Shown one piece after another: positions 16,401-21,508 of a stretch of 21,508 nucleotides of DNA (position 1 is its first letter; each line of letters opens with the position of its first letter). This stretch comes from Thermoplasmata archaeon. GTDB lineage: Archaea; Thermoplasmatota; Thermoplasmata; GCA-020350865. Location of the stretch: positions 4,516,101 through 4,537,608 of the forward strand of contig CP070751.1 in the NCBI GenBank assembly GCA_020348445.1, written 5' to 3'. The position numbers and the translations under genes were made by a program. Below the pieces are notes generated by a model. It saw only the letters and a program-made list of their open reading frames with translations, had not been told where the DNA came from and searched no databases.

Positions 16401-17764
16401 ATATTGTTGTCGGAGTAGTATAGATAGATTCCGAAAAGGGTGTTTAAGGAGGCGGTGTTGTTGGCGATGATGTTGTTATCCGAAAAACCTAATACAATAC
16501 TCATTGTCCCATTGATCATAATCTGGTTCTCTGCTATGATATTTCTGCAATTGGCGAGGATGATCTGACCGGCATTCGAAGGTATTCTCCCACCGTTTTG
16601 GTTTTTTAAGTAATAGACGGGTTTGCCGTTGACAGTGTTATTTGTATCGATGATATGGGAAGTCCACTGTCCCACCGCAGAGCCCGTTATGTAAATGCTG
16701 TTCCCTACCATGGTGTTATTTGAGATAGTGTTGCTGCGGGTATGGGAGAGGTATATACCATACGAACTGTTTGAGATAGTGTTGTTGGCAACGGTGTTGC
16801 CATCGGAGGATGACAGTGCGATACCAGAATAATTGTGCCATGAAACGATGTTGTTGGCAATGGTATTGTTGTCAGAGGAGTAAAGGCGGATACCTTCATA
16901 GGTGTTCGTGGAAACCGTGTTGTTGGTGATGTTATTGTTGGTGCAGTAACTAAGAGAGATGCCAACAATATTGTTCGTTACCGTGTTATCGATGAAAGTA
17001 TTGCTGCTGGAATCGGAGAGGTAGATGCCCTCATACTTGTTGTACGCGACAGTGTTGTTGATTACGGTGTTGTCGCTGGAACAAGAGCAGAAGATGCCAT
17101 GCTCATCGTTCGACGATGCATTATTGTTGGCGATAGTGTTGTTGCTGGAATAGGATAGGTAGATGCCCATAATGTTATTGAATGACGCGTTATTGTGGGC
17201 GATGGTGCAATTGCTGGAGGAGTAGAGGTAGATTCCATGGAAGTTGTTCGAGGATGCCGTATTGTTGGTAAGGGTGTTGTTGTTGGAAGAGCTAAGATAA
17301 ATACCATAATCGTTGTTAATTATGATATTATTATAAATGCGGCAATTATGGACAGACTCGAGTTTCACGCCTTTATAGAATCCCCCTTCACCCTCGGTTA
17401 TATTGAACCCTGTGATATTCACCCAATCAGCTGAGATATCCACAACATCTTTATTTCCCCAATCACCATTGATAATGGTTGTGTTCTTATCTTCACCAGT
17501 CAAATTTATGGTCTTGTTTACAATCACATTCTCATAATAGGTCCCATTATAAACATAAATCGTATCCCCATCGCTACTCGCATTTATCGCATCCTGAATA
17601 AAAATAAAGTCTTCTGGTGGATCTCCAGGTCCCCCACTTCCCGGTACATCATCCACATACAATGTGGTCTGGGCCCTTATAACTGGCGCAATATCCACGA
17701 TTATTATAATGAAACTTAACACTATTAAAAGGGTCAACCAAATCGCGACTGCCTTCCTATTCAT
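13412..17764 (-). CDS. Large membrane-anchored surface protein, 1450 aa: signal peptide, beta-helix, two Ig-like domains, five PKD domains, Asp-rich Ca-binding-like repeat, TM helix, Pro-rich tail, zinc ribbon
   Basis: The domain motifs are visible in translation: NTVNGKPVYY insert, GNYWSDY cap, Y.W(D/N)W..SDG...H.Y.DPG.Y.VTL.VTD PKD motif, DFDEDGVPDIEDDDDDNDG, FMIWIIILVLVVIIICIVVLLFV then KKKR, CPHC...CPSC. Start refined to ATG 17764; the track start 17767 is TTG. Confidence 0.88.
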   Translation of the reverse strand: MNRKAVAIWLTLLIVLSFIIIIVDIAPVIRAQTTLYVDDVPGSGGPGDPPEDFIFIQDAINASSDGDTIYVYNGTYYENVIVNKTINLTGEDKNTTIINGDWGNKDVVDISADWVNITGFNITEGEGGFYKGVKLESVHNCRIYNNIIINNDYGIYLSSSNNNTLTNNTASSNNFHGIYLYSSSNCTIAHNNASFNNIMGIYLSYSSNNTIANNNASSNDEHGIFCSCSSDNTVINNTVAYNKYEGIYLSDSSSNTFIDNTVTNNIVGISLSYCTNNNITNNTVSTNTYEGIRLYSSDNNTIANNIVSWHNYSGIALSSSDGNTVANNTISNSSYGIYLSHTRSNTISNNTMVGNSIYITGSAVGQWTSHIIDTNNTVNGKPVYYLKNQNGGRIPSNAGQIILANCRNIIAENQIMINGTMSIVLGFSDNNIIANNTASLNTLFGIYLYYSDNNIITNNTASSNTLFGIYLYNSDSSTITNNNASSNNINGIYLSGADCNTIVNNTLSNNERGIYFAYSGDNIIKNNRISNNLFGINLSSGSTYNIFHHNYIINNLNQIFLDTFNCGGNTWDDGMGEGNYWSDYMGVDDGSNGRTAGDEVGDTLIPHPVTDQGFGYYQLDNYPLMHTKPPRIQLISPGNNSIIPNTTVLDFSIIDVTLIEANYSVNGGANTSFTDPFDIDTGGWADRDYHIQVNAVDFFGYANSSWYFFIIDSIPPFFDSATEDFITYTGDNFTIYANLTDSTDVTSVTIHYRNDTGSWTSMFMDKVIEGGPGSLDHFNITSSDLGIFTLNDMSEWYFYYEATDSLHNSTHGNLISYFTITIIDNIPPIPEAGFDQIVDEDTLISVDASDSTDNLEYLGMYYTWDWDASDGIQVETTTISATHIYPDPGIYIVTLNVTDASGNWDTDTLTVIVLDVTSPDAVIGPDQIVDEDTLVTVDADASFDNNGTSNLSYAWDWNASDGIQVDNNTISATHVYHDPGIYIVTLNVTDASGNWDIDTLTVIVKDVTSPDAVIGLNPMVDEDKLVTADAGASTDNSGTSGLSYAWDWDASNGIQVENNTISATHVYLDPGIYTVTMNVTDASGNWDIDTLTVIVIDVTSPIADAGSNQIVDEDTLVTVNAEASTDNNGTSGLTYIWDWDASDGIFEDNNTITASHIYSEPGVYTVALNVTDSSGNWDVATIIIIVVDITSPIADAGSNTTAVERQEFVFNGTGSHDNSGKDGLFYNWAFVSDDELVTLIGISPSYTFELPGTYIVTLYVFDDAGNWNVDTVTIIVLPDFDEDGVPDIEDDDDDNDGYLDEEDAFPLDPNKWKEDEEPSFMIWIIILVLVVIIICIVVLLFVKKKRGQKPKEEVDEAQTPSPPSPQPTQQPVQPPEAPQSFPPPPVPPVPPPPVPPVPPSPVQEPPPPPPEITTYNCPHCENPFSVPAPVQAHAVICPSCGGQVTIGPVS
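13561..13622 (-). repeat. 24-bp imperfect tandem repeat encoding PPPPVPPV
   Basis: cca ccg cca cca gtt cca cct gtt / cct cca ccg ccg gtt cct cct gtt / cca ccg tca cca gtg on the - strand. Confidence 0.8.
13931..15290 (-). repeat. Five tandem PKD-domain units, 273 bp (91 aa) period
   Basis: CGGCATCAGGAGAAGT at 14728 and 15001, and CAGTCAAGGTATCG at 14761 and 15034; both offsets are 273. The fifth unit (lowest coordinates) is the most diverged. Confidence 0.9.
16325..16462 (-). repeat. 69-bp tandem duplication of one beta-helix repeat unit (23 aa)
   Basis: NNTASLNTLFGIYLYYSDNNIIT / NNTASSNTLFGIYLYNSDSSTIT. TCCGAAAAGGGTGTT occurs at 16361 and 16430. Confidence 0.85.
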
Positions 17765-18045
17765 CAATCCAATGTATCATTATGGCCAGATAAATACCTT
17801 CCGGTACTACAAAGGCACTTCCCACTCGCACTCTGATTTGGCGTGGATGTAGTAACCTCTTCCTATTTCGAAATAATCAGACTCGCCTAACTTCTTCCAC
17901 CTCTGGGCTGCTGCGTTGTAGGTCCAGATCGCATCAACATGCGTGTCAAAGGTAAGGTTGTTAAGACCAACTGTTCTGTTGTACCTAATTAAGGATGGAT
18001 AGCCTACCATGTTCCAGCCGGGATGGAGAGTGATGGTTTGGTTCT
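17684..18045. repeat. Diverged direct repeat (copy 1); copy 2 at about 21065-21426, offset 3381 bp
   Basis: Gapless colinear similarity covering the 3' part of the GWN domain, the stop codon, a 42-bp intergenic spacer and the next gene's signal peptide up to DIAP. Both the stop codons (17807/21188) and the start codons (17764/21145) are exactly 3381 bp apart. Confidence 0.8.
17789..17803 (-). promoter_or_regulatory. BRE/TATA-like promoter CGGAAGGTATTTATC, probably leaderless transcript
   Basis: TATTTATC at -32..-25 relative to ATG 17764. No SD is present. Confidence 0.6.
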
Positions 18046-21000
18046 TGACAGGAGGTGTGCCAGAGTATTCAAATAATACACCATTTGGCTCGGTTATGTG
18101 TATCCAGAAACTAATTGTGTGGGAAATGGTGTCCAAATCATTTAGATGGGAGGGTTTTGAGATGTGATAATGTTCCCAGTGATCAGATGTATCTGTGGCG
18201 TTATACCACTGTACTGCATCGAAAGAGCCCATTATTGGGGATAATATAGTGTTTAAATCGTTATTGAATTGTACAAATGGAATCGAGATCAGGTTCCAGC
18301 CCTTATATAGAAATAAATAATTTCCAACAGGATACATTAATGGATAATAGTCCTGCGCACCCGATCCTCCAGCGATATAAGCATAAGGTGAATCTCCGAT
18401 ACCGTCATTGCCAGGTATGTCTTGGTCAGGACCCTGGTAATCGTCAACACCAGTATAATCAGACCAGAAGTTACCTCCTGAAGGATAGGAATCATTCCAA
18501 TAACTGACATTATCGGTATCAAAGCCTTGATTTATATTTTTAATTATATTGTTGTGATATATCCTGTTGTTTGACGATGACGATATAATCATGATGCCGT
18601 TATTGTTGTATAGGATATTGTTTTTAGTTATCGTGTTGTCGTTCGAAGTAAACGTTACTATGCCTTGAGCATTGCTAGTAATACTGTTTTTTGTAATAGT
18701 ATTGTTTGATGATGAGGTAACTTCAAGGCCTCCTGCGCTGCTCCATGATATGTTATTGTCTTGAATGTTGTTGTTTATTGATGACTGATATACGCGGATA
18801 CCAAAATTATTGTTCAAGATATCATTATCTGTTAGGTTGTTTTTTTGAGAAAAATGAAGATAAATGCCCTGAGCTCTGTTCATTGAAATATTGTTTGCGG
18901 TTATGTTGTTATACTTGGCTTTCCATAGATCTAAACCATCTCTTCCCGATGTAAATGTATTGCCTTTGATGTCAAATCCCTCTCTATGGCTGCCAACAAA
19001 TTTCTGTCCTATGAAAGTTGAATTTGTTATGTGTCCACTTGTATCATTCAAATAGATAATTGCATACTCTCCAGCATTGGATGTGAAATTGGCGAAATCG
19101 ATATTCATGGAACCGTTAACATGGATAAAATTATGTCCATAAGGATTGTCGAAGGTCACATTTGAACTTATGGTCAATGTTCCATTAACGATAACGCCTC
19201 TGTTCAGCGTGACGGGGGAATCCCAAGTAACAGTACCATCTATGTATTGAACCTTGGATTCCCTGTTCTGAAGCCAATTTGAATAATCAGCACCACCCCC
19301 AACATTGCTATAAACCAATTTTTCTACACGGTTTTCGTAGCCTGTACCAAAATAGTTATACCTGGCATCTATATTTGGCGAGTCCACAGCATAAATTGCC
19401 ACCAAATTTCCCAGCAAAGAATTGTTATTTATTACATTGTTACTTGAGCCTGAGGCTAGATAGATGCTATGCCAATTGTTCAAAATAATGTTACCCAAAA
19501 TATTATTATTGGGTGAGGAGAAAATAACAACACCTCTACCATTATCCGAAATAGTGTTGCCTACTATGTCGGTATTTGAGCTCGACCAAATATGTATGCC
19601 GCAGTTGGTGTTCGAGAATATCGTGTTGTCCGTGACATTATTGTAAGGCGATTGGTGTAAATCTATGCCATTTTCATGTTTTGAAACATTGTTGTGCGTT
19701 ATGTTGTTATAAGACGATGAGGAAAGATAAATACCATTTTCAGTGTTCGAATGTACATGGTTGTTGCTTATATTATTGTTTGACGAGGATGAGTAAACAG
19801 ATATTCCTGTATAATAATTAGAAAAAACATTGTTGTTTGTTATTTCATTATATGAGGATGAATAAATAATGATACCCTCATTATTGTTCGAATAAACATC
19901 GTTGCCTGTTATATTGTTGTTGTTTGATGATTCATGGACAATAATGCCATCGTAATAGTTATTTGAAACATTGTTGTTTGTTATATTGTTGCCTGATGAT
20001 GCTTCAAGGTAGATGGCCCACGAAGAGCTCATAGACACATTGTTACTTGCTATTTGATTACTTGAAGATGACAAAAGATAGATACCGTTATTTTTCTTGA
20101 AAATATTGTTGTTGTTCATAGTGTTACCTGATGAAGATAAGAGGAATATGCCCTGCGAGGAGCCTGAGATTATATTATTGCCTATTAGAAAATTGGTATG
20201 CGAATAATATATAAATATGCCTTTGTCCCCTTGATTAGTGATATTGTTGTTCAAAATCGTAGTGAAGTTCGAGTGCTGGAGACATATACCCCAACCGGCA
20301 TTTGAGGTTAATTCATTGGAATAAATGGTATTGTGTTCGCTCATCTCCAATACAATTCCATTGACAGTATTTGATCTGATCGTGTTGTTGTCAATTAGGT
20401 TCAAATCCGAATTTGTTACCAATATGGCCCGCTCGTTGGAGTGGATATCGTTTCTGGAAATTTCATTATCCTGGCCTGTATGTACATATATACCGTATTT
20501 TGGATTGGATACGTTATTGTTGTATATGATATTGTTGTTTGAATCGCCGACGATAAGAGCATAGAAATTATTGGAATGAAAGAGGTTTTCGCGAATGATA
20601 TTATCGGTTGACTGATAGATATGCATTCCATAATCGCTGTTTGAACTGATCTCGCAATCTGCAATGAAAACATTATTCGATTGAATAAGGTTTATTCCAT
20701 CCGCTTTATTTGAAGAGGCTGTGCAGTTGGAGATATTCACATATGCCGAATTGTAAATCTTAATCCCTGCATCGCCATAATTATTTCCACCGTTAGTCAT
20801 CCTAAACCCTGTAATATTTACCCAATCTGCGTCTACATAAACCACATCCCCGCCTCCTGGGCCTACGATCGTGGTATTGTCCTTACTTATACCTGTTAAA
20901 TTGATGGTCTTGTCCACAACTACATTCTCAGAATAGGAACCATTATACACAAAAACGGTATCGCCTTCTTGGGCTGCGTCAATTGCAGCCTGAATAGTCT

Positions 21001-21145
21001 TCTTATGTGTGGCATCTTCGATGGGATAGTCATCATCCACATAAATAATATCTGCAGTAACACTGGGAGCAATATCCGATATTATTACTATGAAGCTTAA
21101 AATCAATAAACAACTCAGCCAGACCACGGCTATCTTCCTGCTCAT
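17807..21145 (-). CDS. Secreted double beta-helix (NosD/PbH1-like) surface protein with C-terminal GWN/WEVPL domain, 1112 aa
   Basis: Signal peptide MSRKIAVVWLSCLLILSFIVIISDIAPSVTA, TIQAAID N-cap, a long Asn-rich repeat region, internal cap IDARYNYFG, a second helix, GNFWSDY...DYYPLM, and a C-terminal domain at about 17807-18314. Confidence 0.87.
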   Translation of the reverse strand: MSRKIAVVWLSCLLILSFIVIISDIAPSVTADIIYVDDDYPIEDATHKKTIQAAIDAAQEGDTVFVYNGSYSENVVVDKTINLTGISKDNTTIVGPGGGDVVYVDADWVNITGFRMTNGGNNYGDAGIKIYNSAYVNISNCTASSNKADGINLIQSNNVFIADCEISSNSDYGMHIYQSTDNIIRENLFHSNNFYALIVGDSNNNIIYNNNVSNPKYGIYVHTGQDNEISRNDIHSNERAILVTNSDLNLIDNNTIRSNTVNGIVLEMSEHNTIYSNELTSNAGWGICLQHSNFTTILNNNITNQGDKGIFIYYSHTNFLIGNNIISGSSQGIFLLSSSGNTMNNNNIFKKNNGIYLLSSSSNQIASNNVSMSSSWAIYLEASSGNNITNNNVSNNYYDGIIVHESSNNNNITGNDVYSNNNEGIIIYSSSYNEITNNNVFSNYYTGISVYSSSSNNNISNNHVHSNTENGIYLSSSSYNNITHNNVSKHENGIDLHQSPYNNVTDNTIFSNTNCGIHIWSSSNTDIVGNTISDNGRGVVIFSSPNNNILGNIILNNWHSIYLASGSSNNVINNNSLLGNLVAIYAVDSPNIDARYNYFGTGYENRVEKLVYSNVGGGADYSNWLQNRESKVQYIDGTVTWDSPVTLNRGVIVNGTLTISSNVTFDNPYGHNFIHVNGSMNIDFANFTSNAGEYAIIYLNDTSGHITNSTFIGQKFVGSHREGFDIKGNTFTSGRDGLDLWKAKYNNITANNISMNRAQGIYLHFSQKNNLTDNDILNNNFGIRVYQSSINNNIQDNNISWSSAGGLEVTSSSNNTITKNSITSNAQGIVTFTSNDNTITKNNILYNNNGIMIISSSSNNRIYHNNIIKNINQGFDTDNVSYWNDSYPSGGNFWSDYTGVDDYQGPDQDIPGNDGIGDSPYAYIAGGSGAQDYYPLMYPVGNYLFLYKGWNLISIPFVQFNNDLNTILSPIMGSFDAVQWYNATDTSDHWEHYHISKPSHLNDLDTISHTISFWIHITEPNGVLFEYSGTPPVKNQTITLHPGWNMVGYPSLIRYNRTVGLNNLTFDTHVDAIWTYNAAAQRWKKLGESDYFEIGRGYYIHAKSECEWEVPL

Positions 21146-21169
21146 CGAGAGGAGTTATTAATTTGTAAA

Positions 21170-21184
21170 GATAAATATCTTCCG
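21170..21184 (-). promoter_or_regulatory. BRE/TATA-like promoter CGGAAGATATTTATC, probably leaderless transcript
   Basis: TATTTATC at -32..-25 relative to ATG 21145, the same spacing as the 17789 copy. No SD is present. Confidence 0.6.
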
Positions 21185-21187
21185 ATG

Positions 21188-21508
21188 TTACAATGGCACT
21201 TCCCACTCACATTCTGATTTGGCGTGGATGTAGTAACCCCTTCCTAGTTCGAAATAATCAGATTCGTCCAACTTCTTCCATTTTTGGGTGGAGGCATTGT
21301 ATGTCAAAATGGCATCCACGTGGGTGTCGAAGGTGAGATTGTTCAATCCCTTTGTTCTATTGTACCTAGTTAATGAGGGATAGCCCACCATGTTCCAGCC
21401 TGGGTGGAAGGTTATGGTTTGGTTTGAGGTTGGTTGTGTTCCATTATACAAGAAAATAGTGTCTCCTGGTTGGGTGATGTGGATCCAGAAGCCCATTTTT
21501 TCGTTCAA
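21188..21508 (-). CDS. 3' end of a further paralog (GWN/WEVPL domain); the gene starts beyond the window
   Basis: NEKMGFWIHITQPGDTIFLYNGT...GWNMVGYPS...GRGYYIHAKSECEWEVPL*. The frame is open to the window edge, so the track's initial M is not a real start. Confidence 0.85.
   Translation of the reverse strand: MNEKMGFWIHITQPGDTIFLYNGTQPTSNQTITFHPGWNMVGYPSLTRYNRTKGLNNLTFDTHVDAILTYNASTQKWKKLDESDYFELGRGYYIHAKSECEWEVPL

Noticed and set aside
9613-21145. Nitrous-oxide reductase maturation (true nosD) or pectate lyase function
   Set aside because: Only the beta-helix fold and cap are shared. There are no nosZ/nosF/nosY neighbours and no recognisable catalytic residues. The sizes and accessory domains indicate surface proteins.
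9613-21508. Diversity-generating retroelement acting on the Asn(AAY)-rich genes
   Set aside because: There is no reverse transcriptase in the window. The repeat pairs I compared (PKD units, 69-bp pair, C-terminal tags) differ at all four bases, mostly synonymously, and not specifically at adenines.

Overview
This is an archaeal genomic window, most consistent with a Thermoplasmata-like organism. That assignment is an inference from the archaeal-type ScpA, TATA-box promoters, GGAGG/GGTGA Shine-Dalgarno (SD) sites and a WDIMGQ-type small GTPase. The left half (1-9.6 kb) is housekeeping-like: a putative membrane metal-dependent hydrolase, a Ras/Rab-like small GTPase divergent from a complete smc-scpA-scpB operon, a radical SAM enzyme with CX4CX2C spacing, a small membrane protein and two stand-alone CBS-pair proteins. 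The right half (9.6-21.5 kb, continuing past the window end) is a co-oriented minus-strand array of at least five secreted Asn-rich right-handed beta-helix (NosD/PbH1-like) surface-protein genes. Four of them end in the same ~170-aa twofold-repeated GWN domain terminating in WEVPL, with no membrane anchor. The fifth carries Ig-like domains, five PKD repeats, an Asp-rich Ca-binding-like stretch, a transmembrane helix, a polyproline tail and a zinc ribbon. The array shows signs of modular shuffling: a gapless repeated junction (C-terminal domain + 42-bp promoter spacer + signal peptide) at an exact 3381-bp offset, a mosaic C-terminal domain, a ~1-kb module with different codon usage, and one member interrupted by two in-frame stops but no frameshift. 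I found no RNA gene, CRISPR array, transposase, integrase or reverse transcriptase. All calls come from reading motifs by eye; no database searches were run.
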